In this document: positions 12,574 through 22,015 of the stretch, in pieces
How the letters are laid out: each line of letters opens with the position of its first letter
How positions within the stretch are numbered: the stretch's first letter is position 1
The notes under the pieces: model-generated
Databases searched by the model: none
Told to the model about the DNA's origin: nothing
What the model saw: only the letters and a program-made list of their open reading frames with translations
Made by a program: the position numbers and the translations under genes
Source: an uncultured Gammaproteobacteria bacterium
Lineage (GTDB): Bacteria > Pseudomonadota > Gammaproteobacteria > DRLM01
Assembly (NCBI GenBank): GCA_963729605.1
Contig: CAVSNY010000007.1
Span: 480,001-544,000 of the forward strand
DNA length: 64,000 nucleotides
Direction: 5' to 3'

Positions 12574-15135
12574 ATGCGGATGACGACGAATACAGCGTGG
12601 TGGATGGGTGGAATGGTATGTGCCGCGTTATTGGGGGCACTGGTTTATTCGACGAAGATGCCTGTTTCATCGTCGCCCACCTCCGCGCCGCCGCCGTCCG
12701 CCGCCATTACCCGCTTGCCGCTGTCCTTCGAGCCGCGCGCCGATCAAACCGCGACGGGCGCGGAATTCCTGGCCCGCGCGTCCCGCTATAACGTGCTGTT
12801 GACCCCCGCCGAGGCGGTGGTCGGTTTCAAGGAGGGCGGCGCGCCGTTGCGGCTGCGCTGGCTGGGCGGGGATCCCGCCGCGGCCGGTGCGGCGAACACG
12901 CCGTTGCCCGGCGCGCGCCATTATTTTCTCGGCGCCGATCCCGGCCGGTGGCGGCGCGACGTCGGCGCCTATGGCAGCGTGGAATATCGCGCGGTATACC
13001 CCGGCATCGACCTGGTGTATTACGGCCGTGACGGCCGTTTGGAATTTGACTGGCGGGTCGCGCCGCACGCCGATCCGCAAGTGATACGCATGAAAGTGGA
13101 GGGCGCGCGGCGGGTGTCCTTGACCGAAGACGGCGCGCTGCGGCTGGAAACCGGTGGTGGCAGTCTGCTGCTCGATAAACCGGTGATCTATCAAGACGGC
13201 TTGACCGGCCGGCGCGAAATAAGCGGCGGCTACCGCGTCGAGTCTGATAATGAAGTGGCTTTCTGGCTGGGCGACTATGACAAAACCCGGCCGCTGATCA
13301 TCGATCCGGTGCTGGTGTACGGCACTTACCTGGGCGGCGGCGGCGCCGATCAGAGTAGCGGCGTGGCGGTGGACGCGGGCGGCAATGTCTATCTCACCGG
13401 TCAGACCACCTCCGCGAATTTTCCGGTGAGCGGCGGGCCGCAAGGCGCGAACGGCGGCGGCACCGACGCCTTCGTCGCCAAGTTCAACCCGGCGGGCGAC
13501 CTGGTGTACGTCACTTATCTCGGCGGCGCCGGCACCGACCGCGCCTTCGCGGTGGCGGCGGACGCCGGCGGCGCGGCCTATGTCGTGGGCGATACCGACT
13601 CCAATAATTTCCCCATGCAGAATCCCCTACAAGCCACCAACGCCGGCGGCAGCGACGCCTTCGCCGTCAAGCTCAGCGCCGACGGCGCGTCGCTGCTGTA
13701 TTCGACGTATCTCGGCGGCGCGGCGCTGGATTCGGCGCGGGCGGTGACCTTGAGCGCGGGCGGCGAGGCCTATGTGGCGGGCGGCACTACCTCGGACAAT
13801 TTTCCGGTGACCGCGGGGGTGGTGCAGCAGGCCATCGCCGGACAGGCGAGCGACGGCGTGTACAAGGCCGACGGCTTCGTCACCGCCTTGAGCGCCGACG
13901 GCGCCGGCATGTTGTTCTCCACCTATTGGGGCGGCACCGATCTGGATTCCATCTCGGCCATCGCCCTCGCCAGCGGCGGTGAAGTGGTGATCGCGGGCGG
14001 TACGGCGTCGTCGGTTTTATTCCCGATCTCGTCCAACAATCTGCAAGAAAGCTTCGGCGGCTTTCCGGAAGACGGTTTCATCAGCCGGCTCAGCGCCAAT
14101 GGCGACGCCATGCGCTATTCCAGCTATTTCGGTGGCAACAGCTGGGACCGCGTCTACGCCCTCGCGCTGGACGGCGACGACAATATGTATATCGCGGGCG
14201 TGACGGTGTCGAGCAATCTGCGGGTGACGGCCGGCGCGTTTCAAACCGCGTACGGCGGCGGCCGCGGCGACGCCTTCGCCGCCAAGATCGATGCCGCCGG
14301 TACCGGCCTGATCTATTCCACGTATCTCGGTGGCGGCGATCTCGATCAGGCCTACGGCATCGCCCGCGCCGCGAACGGCGGTTTGATCCTGGCGGGCGAG
14401 ACTCTGTCGGCGGATTTTCCTTTGAGCCAGCCCTTGCAGTTTTCCCGCTTCGGCGCCCAAGACGCCTTCGTCAGCCGACTCAACGCCACCGCCTCGCTGT
14501 TGGATTGGTCCACCTATCTGGGCGGCAGCGGCGACGATACGGCCACGGGTGTGGTCATGGATAACACGGGCAAGCTGTATGTGGCCGGCTCGACCGGCTC
14601 GACGGATTTTCCGGCCGTGGACGCGGCGCAGGCCGGCGCGGCCGGCGGCGGCGACGGTTTTCTCGCCGCCTTGGAAGATATCGCGCAGTCGGCGGACGTC
14701 ATGGTGAATATCGCCGATCGCCTCGACCCCGTGCCGTCCGGCAGCACGGTGATTTACGACATCACGGTGAGTAACAGCGGTCCCGATACCGCCGGCGGCT
14801 TGACCTTGCGTAGCGAGATCCCAGCGGCCTTCGACTTCGTGGCGGCGATCCCGGTGCAGGGGGCGTGCAGGTTCGAGAGCGGCGCGGTGATTTGCGAGAT
14901 AGGCGAGATCGCCGCCGGGAACAGCACGCAGGTGGCGTTGGAACTGCGCGCCAACACCGGCGGCACGCAGAACGTCACGGCCGGCATCGTGCGCACCCGC
15001 CAACCGGACCCCAACCCCAACAACAACAGCGCCACCGAGGAAACCATCCTGACCGTCGGTAACGGTGGCGGCGCGAGCCCGGCGCTGGCGGTGTTGCTCG
15101 CGGCCGCGGCGGCCTGGCGCCGCCGGCGGGCGTGA
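12574..15135 (+). CDS. Surface protein with SBBP beta-propeller repeats, DUF11-like domain and GlyGly-CTERM-like tail
   Basis: N-terminal hydrophobic segment, YPGIDLVYYG/PLIIDPVL domain, about seven YSTYLGG...D...G.T.S.NFP repeats, YDITVSNSGPD...DPNPNNNSA, tail GNGGG-hydrophobic-WRRRRA; start uncertain. Confidence 0.8.
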   Translation: MRMTTNTAWWMGGMVCAALLGALVYSTKMPVSSSPTSAPPPSAAITRLPLSFEPRADQTATGAEFLARASRYNVLLTPAEAVVGFKEGGAPLRLRWLGGDPAAAGAANTPLPGARHYFLGADPGRWRRDVGAYGSVEYRAVYPGIDLVYYGRDGRLEFDWRVAPHADPQVIRMKVEGARRVSLTEDGALRLETGGGSLLLDKPVIYQDGLTGRREISGGYRVESDNEVAFWLGDYDKTRPLIIDPVLVYGTYLGGGGADQSSGVAVDAGGNVYLTGQTTSANFPVSGGPQGANGGGTDAFVAKFNPAGDLVYVTYLGGAGTDRAFAVAADAGGAAYVVGDTDSNNFPMQNPLQATNAGGSDAFAVKLSADGASLLYSTYLGGAALDSARAVTLSAGGEAYVAGGTTSDNFPVTAGVVQQAIAGQASDGVYKADGFVTALSADGAGMLFSTYWGGTDLDSISAIALASGGEVVIAGGTASSVLFPISSNNLQESFGGFPEDGFISRLSANGDAMRYSSYFGGNSWDRVYALALDGDDNMYIAGVTVSSNLRVTAGAFQTAYGGGRGDAFAAKIDAAGTGLIYSTYLGGGDLDQAYGIARAANGGLILAGETLSADFPLSQPLQFSRFGAQDAFVSRLNATASLLDWSTYLGGSGDDTATGVVMDNTGKLYVAGSTGSTDFPAVDAAQAGAAGGGDGFLAALEDIAQSADVMVNIADRLDPVPSGSTVIYDITVSNSGPDTAGGLTLRSEIPAAFDFVAAIPVQGACRFESGAVICEIGEIAAGNSTQVALELRANTGGTQNVTAGIVRTRQPDPNPNNNSATEETILTVGNGGGASPALAVLLAAAAAWRRRRA

Positions 15136-15144
15136 TTGTTATAG

Positions 15145-15183
15145 GGAGCCGCTGATTTCACAGCGTTCCTTGGAAACGCCTAA
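15145..15183. repeat. Partial end of the five-hairpin MITE family
   Basis: GGAGCCGCTGATTTCACAGCGTTCCTTGG resembles 54678 GGAACCAGTGATTTCAAAGGTTCCTTGG. Confidence 0.45.
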
Positions 15184-15351
15184 GACGGCGGTTGCACCCG
15201 CTTCAACACGACTGCCCCGCTGACCTTGGCGGCACCGATAATTCCGACGGCGGTAAGGCGCACGGCCTCCGGCAACGCCGCGTGCAAGACGCGCAGGCCC
15301 CCGCTGTTCCGCTGTGGTTTCGTGCCCGCTTTTTATCGCTGTTAATCTTAC

Positions 15352-15494
15352 GGAAGCTCTGAATAATTCCATCCCGGAATTTTCAGGGCACGGCGAAAAT
15401 GTGATTTCGCCGTCCTTCATTCTCAATGGTTAACACCATTGAGAATGAAGGCACATCCGTGTGCCGCGGGGACCTCTGAACAATCAGAGGTTCC
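15352..15494 (+). mobile_element. MITE-like five-hairpin element, copy A
   Basis: TIRs GGAAGCTCTGA...TCAGAGGTTCC; homologous to 23705-23852 and 54678-54820; flanks degenerate. Confidence 0.75.
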
Positions 15495-15504
15495 TTGTTG
15501 AGGA

Positions 15505-15526
15505 TTATGTGGCGGACGTCACAATT
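15505..15526. promoter_or_regulatory. CRP-like binding site
   Basis: TTATGTGG-CGGACG-TCACAATT matches TGTGA-N6-TCACA with AT-rich flanks, ~200 bp upstream of the lipoprotein ATG. Confidence 0.4.
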
Positions 15527-15802
15527 CACCAATATCCGGTCACCCTCCAGGAACTTTGCCTCAACTTACCTTCCCACCCCGTCGATACCCGGCTAGTCAT
15601 CAGCCGCGTTCAAACCCCGCGCGGGGTACGGCTTCCACACATAAAAATGGATCGACGTGCCCATCACCGATCGCCATCGATTCATTTGTCGTGTGTATCA
15701 CATGAGGAGACCAGAAACGTATGAAGCGAGAGCTTGTAATCTTGATCACCGCCGCCATGGGTTTGACCGCGTGCGGAGGCGGGGGCGGCAGCTCGGTAAC
15801 TA

Positions 15803-16635
15803 GAACCTATCTCAAAATCACAAGCTGAGCAGAATCGCATATAATTTGCCGCATGCTACGGCTGAGCGACCAACACTGGGAACGCATCCGGGAACACTTT
15901 CCGGAGGAAAACATTGCGGCGGGGCGCGCAGGTCGCAAGCCGATTTCTTCCCGTCAAGTCCTCGATGCCGTTCTCTGGATTCTCAATACCGGCGCGCAGT
16001 GGCATATGCTGCCGCAATGCTATCCGAACTACAAAACGGTGCATCGCCGTTTTCAGAATTGGTGCCGCAACGAAGTGCTGCGTGATGTCATGACCTCTCT
16101 CGCCAACACGCTGCGCGATGAAGGCGCGCTGGATGAATCGGAATGCTTTATCGATGCCACGTTTGCCTCGGCCAAGGGCGGCGGCGCGGAGATCGGCCCG
16201 ACAAAACGCGGAAAAGGCGTTAAAATCATGGCAATTGTGGATCGTCACGGCTTGCCGCTGGCGGTCAGTACGCATGCGGCGAACCACCATGAAGTCACGC
16301 TGGTGCAGCTGAGTTTCGAGTTCTACATGATCGAAGCGAAGCCGGAAAATCTGATTGGCGATCGTGCCTACGACAGCGACAAACTGGACGAGGAATTGCG
16401 GCAAGAGGGCATCGAGATGATCTCGCCGCACCGGCAGAATCGCGTAAAATCCAAGACACAAGACGGGCATCGCCTGCGCCGATACGAACGACGCTGGCTG
16501 GTGGAACGCTTCTTTGCCTGGCTTCAATGGCAACGTCGTCTCCTGGTCCGTTGGGAATACTACGCCGAGAATTTTCTCGGGTTTGTGCAGCTGGCAACCA
16601 TCGGTATCCTGCTCAGGCAATTTTGAGATAGGTTC
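15803..16635 (+). mobile_element. IS5-family insertion sequence (IS427-like), 833 bp
   Basis: Perfect 16 bp TIRs GAACCTATCTCAAAAT/ATTTTGAGATAGGTTC flanked by a TA duplication (15801-02, 16636-37). Confidence 0.92.
15853..16626 (+). CDS. IS5-family DDE transposase
   Basis: LSDQHW, TGAQWHMLP..Y....TVHRRF..W, IDAT, GDRAYD, RWLVERFFAWL; stop codon lies in the right TIR. Confidence 0.95.
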   Translation: MLRLSDQHWERIREHFPEENIAAGRAGRKPISSRQVLDAVLWILNTGAQWHMLPQCYPNYKTVHRRFQNWCRNEVLRDVMTSLANTLRDEGALDESECFIDATFASAKGGGAEIGPTKRGKGVKIMAIVDRHGLPLAVSTHAANHHEVTLVQLSFEFYMIEAKPENLIGDRAYDSDKLDEELRQEGIEMISPHRQNRVKSKTQDGHRLRRYERRWLVERFFAWLQWQRRLLVRWEYYAENFLGFVQLATIGILLRQF

Positions 16636-17067
16636 TAATAACACCAACAGCGATGGTGAAGTACTGTCTTCCCTGGTCACCGGTTATGCGCTGCCGACCG
16701 AAATTTCCGCGGTGCCGGCGGACAATAGCGGCAATGCCGCCCGGCTGGCGCGGGGTTTGACTTCGCGGTTGCACGCCTTGGCCAGCGCCGTGAGCGATCT
16801 GCCCGCCGCCTCGGATTACAGTAAGGCATCCACTCGCAAATTCGTCGAGGAACGTTCGCTCGAACAATTCGATATCATCGAACAAGTCATGAGCGCCTTG
16901 GCGCAAACCAATTACGCCGATCAGGCGAATATCAACGCCGGCCCCTACAAGGCGATGATCGCCTGGGAAGACGAGCAGAACGGCGGTGGTGAAATATTCG
17001 GAAGGCAAAGCGGTGGAATAATCGGCGCATTCGACTAGGAGTGACACGGACGTGTCTCTCCCCTTGG

Positions 17068-17101
17068 CCGGAGGTGCAGCAATGCACCTCCGGTTTTTTT
17101 T
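17068..17101 (+). terminator. Intrinsic terminator
   Basis: CCGGAGGTGCA-GCAA-TGCACCTCCGG-TTTTTTTT. Confidence 0.85.
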
Positions 17102-17227
17102 ATGCGTGATCTTGTGATGGTTTGCCGAGAAGGCCGGGCGGCGGTCCTGGTATCCGCTATGATAATAAAACGATGCGGTGGTCCGCCGCGTCCGGCGTTT
17201 TGATTTCACCAACCCCATGGGCTCAAT

Positions 17228-17995
17228 ATGAACATCGATTGGAATAATGTCCTCGCCGCCGTATGGCGGCCGCGCAAGGAATGCCTGAGAGCCGTGCGGC
17301 ACATCGACCCGGTGCGGCTCGAGGAATTGCTCGGCGTCGAACGCCAGAAGGCGCAGCTGCAACGGAATACCGAGCGCCTGCTCGACGGGTTGCCCGCCAA
17401 TAACGCGCTGCTGTGGGGCAGCCGGGGCACCGGCAAATCATCCTTGATTAAGGCGCTGCTCAACGCCTACCACCCGCGTGGTTTGCGTTTGATCCAGGTG
17501 GAGAAAAATGATTTGATCAATCTGCCGGAGATCGTCGACGACATTCGCGATCTGCCGCAGCGTTTCATCGTGTTCTGCGACGACCTTTCCTTCGAAGCCG
17601 GCGAACCGGCCTACAAAGCCTTGAAGAGCGTCTTGGAAGGATCGATCGAGTTGCCGCCGGAGAATGTGCGCATCTACGCCACCTCCAACCGCCGCCACCT
17701 GCTGCCGGAATATCAGCAGGAAAACCAGACGGCCAAGTTGGTCGGCACCGAAATCCATCTCAGCGAGGCCGTCGAAGAGAAAATTTCCCTCGCCGATCGC
17801 TTCGGTTTGCACCTTTCATTTTATCCGGTGAATCAGGACGAGTATCTCGCCATGGTCGATAGCTATTTTCCCGCGTATGCCGGCGATCGCACGGCGCTGC
17901 ATCGAGCCGCCGTTCAGTTCGCCCTGCTGCGCGGCGGCCGCAGCGGCCGGGCGGCCAAGCAGTTTTATAACGAATACGCCGGCCCTGAGGATTGA
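17228..17995 (+). CDS. AAA+ ATPase, DUF815 family
   Basis: ANNALLWGSRGTGKSS Walker A, FCDDLSF Walker B, YATSNRRHL, EEKISLADRFG, RSGRAA. Confidence 0.9.
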   Translation: MNIDWNNVLAAVWRPRKECLRAVRHIDPVRLEELLGVERQKAQLQRNTERLLDGLPANNALLWGSRGTGKSSLIKALLNAYHPRGLRLIQVEKNDLINLPEIVDDIRDLPQRFIVFCDDLSFEAGEPAYKALKSVLEGSIELPPENVRIYATSNRRHLLPEYQQENQTAKLVGTEIHLSEAVEEKISLADRFGLHLSFYPVNQDEYLAMVDSYFPAYAGDRTALHRAAVQFALLRGGRSGRAAKQFYNEYAGPED

Positions 17996-18076
17996 TGGCG
18001 GCCGGTCGCCATCACGTGGTCCCCCGCCCTGGTTCAACTCCACCAAATGGAAACCCATCCCAGTGCGATGACCGAT

Positions 18077-20032
18077 TCAGCGGTCGCCGATCGGAGCCGG
18101 TGCAGCCGGCGCGTTGTCGCGCAGTGCGGCGATCAATTTCACCACCTCGGCGGGATGTATGGGCTTGGTGAAATGCTGATCGAAACCCGCCTCCGCGGCG
18201 CGGCGTTTGTCTTCCTCCTGTCCCCAGCCGGTGAGGGCGATCAGAAAGACGTCCTTACCCCAGGACTGGGCGCGGATGTGGCGGGCGACTTCGTAACCGT
18301 TCAAGAACGGCATGCCGATGTCGAGCAAGATGACGTCGGGCCGGAATTCGGCGGCCTGCTCCACCGCCTGAATGCCGTTATAAGCGGTGAATACCTGGTT
18401 GCCCATCAGGCGCAGCATCAGCCCCATGCTTTCGACGGCGTCGCCGTTGTCGTCGGCAATCAGGATACGGCAGGCCGCGGTATTTTTCCGCCAGCGGCCG
18501 TCGTCATCCGATAATTCCGCGCCGCCGGCGCGGGACGCCACCGGCATACGCACGGTGAATTCGGCGCCTTTGCCGACCCCCGCGCTGAGCGCCTCGACCT
18601 GGCCGCCGTGCATGGCGAGTAATTGTTTGACCAGCATCAGGCCGATGCCGAGGCCGCCCTGCGATTTGCCCAGCGCGGGATTGAGTTGAGTGAACATTTC
18701 AAACACCGCGGAGAGCGCTTCGGGTGGAATGCCTATGCCGGTATCGCGCACGCTGACCACAAGTTCATCGCCGCGCCGTTCGGCGGTGAGCCAGATCCGG
18801 CCGCCGCGGTCGGTATATTTGGCGGAATTGTTCAATAGATTCGCGAATACCTGCGCCAGTCGTATCGGGTCGGCATCCAGATAAATCGGTTCCGGCGCCA
18901 TATCGATAATGAGTTGGTGACCGGCGGCCTCGATGATCGGCCGCGCGGTATCCACCGCGTTATTGAGCACCGTGGCGAGCTCGACCCGCTCCTTGCGCAG
19001 ATCGAGTTTACCGGTGCTGATACGGCTGACGTCGAGCAGATCGTCGATGAGCCGCACCATCTGGCCGAGCTGGCGGTCCATCATGAGACGCGCCTGTTCG
19101 ACCACTTGAGGTTCGTTGTCGGCGAGCCGCATCACGTGCAAGGCATTGCGGATCGGCGCGAGCGGATTGCGGAGTTCATGGGCAAGGGTCGCCAGAAATT
19201 TATCCTTGCGGTGATCGGCTTCGCGTAACGCCTCCTCGCTCGCCTTGCGTTCGGTGATGTCGTAATTGACGCCGAGCATGCGCAGCGGCCGGCCGCCGCC
19301 GTCGCGGATGATTTCGCCCTTGCCCGCCACCCAGCGCACTTCACCGCCGTTGGGGTTGAGACGAAATTCGCAATCGAAACCGCTCTCGCCGCGAGCGGCG
19401 GCCTGTAACGCGCTCCAGGTGCGTTCGCGGTCGGCGGGATGGATGGCGGAGAGGCTTTCCCTAGCGCGCAGTTTCGGTCCCGGCCCCGGCATGGCGCGGG
19501 CATAATGCAAGGCGCGGATCTCATCGCTCTCGATGTCCCATTCCCAGAGGGCCAATTTGCCGAACTCGATCGCCAGCCGCAGCCGTTCCTGGCTTTGCTG
19601 TAACGCTTCGACCCGATCGCGAAGTTCATATTGCCGGCGGCGGGCGCGGATGGCGGTGCGCAAGGCGCTCACCAAGGTCATGACCCGAATCGGCCGTTCC
19701 AGTACCGTGACGTTGCCCAGCAGATCCATCGCCCACGCCGCCGCCGACGAGTCGGCGCCGGTGCTCGCCAATAATAATATAGGTACGTCGGACCACGCGG
19801 GTTGGGACCGCAACACCTCGACCAGTTCGGCCGCGCCGCGCGAGCGGTGCACTTCCTCCGTCAGCAGGGCCGCGCCCGCGCCGGCACGCAATTCGCGGCT
19901 GAGTTCACCGGGATTCGCGCAGATGTGGCAGATCAATCCGGCTTCGCTCAGGATGGCATGGCTCAAGCTGGCGTCGACTAAGGTCGGCGCCAGTACCAGC
20001 ACCCGTTCTTTGCTGGGCTTCGACTCTTTCAT
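18077..20032 (-). CDS. Hybrid sensor histidine kinase (pseudo-receiver, PAS, HisKA, HATPase, REC)
   Basis: LAHELRNPL H-box, NLLNNSAKY, DTGIG, GLGIGL, C-terminal ILIADD/LLDIGMP/FTKP; ATG overlaps the kaiC stop (ATGA). Confidence 0.92.
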   Translation of the reverse strand: MKESKPSKERVLVLAPTLVDASLSHAILSEAGLICHICANPGELSRELRAGAGAALLTEEVHRSRGAAELVEVLRSQPAWSDVPILLLASTGADSSAAAWAMDLLGNVTVLERPIRVMTLVSALRTAIRARRRQYELRDRVEALQQSQERLRLAIEFGKLALWEWDIESDEIRALHYARAMPGPGPKLRARESLSAIHPADRERTWSALQAAARGESGFDCEFRLNPNGGEVRWVAGKGEIIRDGGGRPLRMLGVNYDITERKASEEALREADHRKDKFLATLAHELRNPLAPIRNALHVMRLADNEPQVVEQARLMMDRQLGQMVRLIDDLLDVSRISTGKLDLRKERVELATVLNNAVDTARPIIEAAGHQLIIDMAPEPIYLDADPIRLAQVFANLLNNSAKYTDRGGRIWLTAERRGDELVVSVRDTGIGIPPEALSAVFEMFTQLNPALGKSQGGLGIGLMLVKQLLAMHGGQVEALSAGVGKGAEFTVRMPVASRAGGAELSDDDGRWRKNTAACRILIADDNGDAVESMGLMLRLMGNQVFTAYNGIQAVEQAAEFRPDVILLDIGMPFLNGYEVARHIRAQSWGKDVFLIALTGWGQEEDKRRAAEAGFDQHFTKPIHPAEVVKLIAALRDNAPAAPAPIGDR

Positions 20033-21519
20033 TCTTGTTCCGCGCAATGGCGCGGCTGGTGGCCGAGATAGGTAGGCAAGCCGCTCAACACGCCTTGAAA
20101 CTCACGCAGCGGTTCCCCGACCATGAAGCCGTCGTCGAGACTGAGTTCACGGATGGCGCGCTCGTGACGCCCCGTGCGTTTTTTGATGACCGAGATCGCC
20201 CGGCGGATTTCGCCGTAGGCCTCGAAATAGCGCAACAGCAACACGGTATCGGCAAGGTAACTGGCGTCCACCGGCGCCCGCATATCGCCGATGATGCCGT
20301 TCTGTGCCATCAGCAATAAAGTAGTGACGCCTTGCTGGCCGAGGTAGGTCAGCAATTCGTGCATGTGCAGGGTAAGATAACGGTCGCTGGGCATGGCGTT
20401 GAGATACCCGTTGAGGCTGTCGATCACCACGATGGTCGCCTTGTCATGTTCCACCGCGCGCCGCACGGTATGGGCGAATTCGCCCGGCGCCAATTCGGCG
20501 GGATCGACCTGCTGAATGGTAATGCGGCCGGTCTTCACCAGCGATTCGATGTCCATGCCGAGACCGGCTGAACGTTCCAGAAAAGTTGCGATGGCTTCAT
20601 CGAATAAATAAATAGCGGCGTGTTCACCGCGCAGCGCCGCTTCACGCGCGTATTGGGTCGCCAGCGACGACTTGCCCGTGCCGGCCGCGCCCATGATGAG
20701 TGTGCTGGTGCCGCGCGCGAGGCCGCCGCCCACCAGCATATCGAGTTCGGCGACGCCACTCTTGATATCCTGCCGTGTATAGGTGATGCGGTGTTCGGCG
20801 GCCACCAGGCGCGGGAACAGCTCGATGCCGCCGCGGCGGATGACGAAATCGTGATAACCTTCGCGGAAGGCGAGGCCGCGCAGTTTGCGTACGCGCAGAC
20901 GCCGACGCAGGGTGCCGTATTCCACCGCGGGGCGGTCCAGGCTGATGACGCCGTGAGCGAGGCTGTGCAAATGCATGTCGCGCTCCGCGCTGGTCTTGTC
21001 GTCGATCAGAAATACGGTGGATTGCCTGCGGGAGAAATACTGCTTGAAGGCGAGGATCTGGCGGCGATAACGCAGCGGATTTTCCGCGAGCAGGCGCAGC
21101 TCGGACAGGGAATCGAAGACCAGCCTGGCCGGCTTGATGCGTTCGGCTTCGGTCAATACGGTCTTGATGGTCTCGCCGAGTTCCACTTCCGATGGGTGAT
21201 ACATGGTGTAGCGCGTGTCGGGAGCCAGACTGTGTTCGGAGGCCATGATTTCGAGGATATGGATACCGTCCAGATTCCAACCATGCGACTCGGCCGAGGT
21301 CTGTAATTCGATTTTGCTTTCCGACAGCGTCACGAACAAACACGCCTCGCCGCGCCGCACGCCTTCTCTCAGGAATTGCAAGGCCAAGGTGGTTTTACCG
21401 GAGCCGGGCTCACCTTCGACCAGATAAAGCCGATTAGGGATAAGGCCGCCGTCGAGCACCTTGTCCAGGCCGCTGATGCCGGTTTGAATGGTGGGGTTGC
21501 TGACGTGATCGGTCGTCAT
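20029..21519 (-). CDS. kaiC: KaiC-like double RecA-domain ATPase
   Basis: TGISGLD..L.GG, GEPGSGKT and GAAGTGKS Walker A motifs, VFDSL/VIDSL, KLRG/KKRTG, ASYLADTV. Confidence 0.85.
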   Translation of the reverse strand: MTTDHVSNPTIQTGISGLDKVLDGGLIPNRLYLVEGEPGSGKTTLALQFLREGVRRGEACLFVTLSESKIELQTSAESHGWNLDGIHILEIMASEHSLAPDTRYTMYHPSEVELGETIKTVLTEAERIKPARLVFDSLSELRLLAENPLRYRRQILAFKQYFSRRQSTVFLIDDKTSAERDMHLHSLAHGVISLDRPAVEYGTLRRRLRVRKLRGLAFREGYHDFVIRRGGIELFPRLVAAEHRITYTRQDIKSGVAELDMLVGGGLARGTSTLIMGAAGTGKSSLATQYAREAALRGEHAAIYLFDEAIATFLERSAGLGMDIESLVKTGRITIQQVDPAELAPGEFAHTVRRAVEHDKATIVVIDSLNGYLNAMPSDRYLTLHMHELLTYLGQQGVTTLLLMAQNGIIGDMRAPVDASYLADTVLLLRYFEAYGEIRRAISVIKKRTGRHERAIRELSLDDGFMVGEPLREFQGVLSGLPTYLGHQPRHCAEQE

Positions 21520-22015
21520 GGTATTTTTTCCTTCCTGACTTCGGCCCATGTAGAAATTACAAACAGCCGCTTGCTACAAGGTCCGAATAATTTGCCACGT
21601 ATGTATTTAGCTGGATTTAAGCGATTAGTGGCGTTGATGATGAAAAAGCGGATTGATTTGCACGTTGCGCCTGTGGCGTTTAATGCTGTGTTTGAAATAT
21701 TAAGCAGGAACCATTCCAGCGCGCGTTCGAAGGCGCTAAAAAGCGCGCGGCGTGTGGGTTAATCAGGCCGGGCGGGAGGCGATGCAGTACGCGTTATTGA
21801 AGGGAAGATACGTCTGGTCGAGGCGCGCGTCCGGCGAGTTTTACAAGGCGCGTTCGCGGGCTGGTGATTTCGGCGGATTGAGTTGCCCATTGATTTTTCG
21901 TTTTATAGATGCGCCGAACGGTTTGCACCCGCAATTTATTTCCCATCTCGAATGACGCGCGGCTCATGCCGCGATGATTTCTTTCACTCTTCGCGTCGCT
22001 ATGAACAGCGGCGCA

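Larger units (their letters stand above)
15721..17038 (+). pseudogene. Lipoprotein gene interrupted by an IS and probably internally deleted
   Basis: GAGGAG RBS; MKRELVILITAAMGLTAC lipobox; removing the IS and one TA restores the frame (GSSVT-NNTNSDGEV); +1-frame tail AVVKYSEGKAVE* (16983-17021) before a terminator. Confidence 0.8.

Noticed and set aside
16514-16637. Start of the 174 aa ORF inside the IS
   Set aside because: Chimera of the IS end and the interrupted lipoprotein, whose true start is 15721
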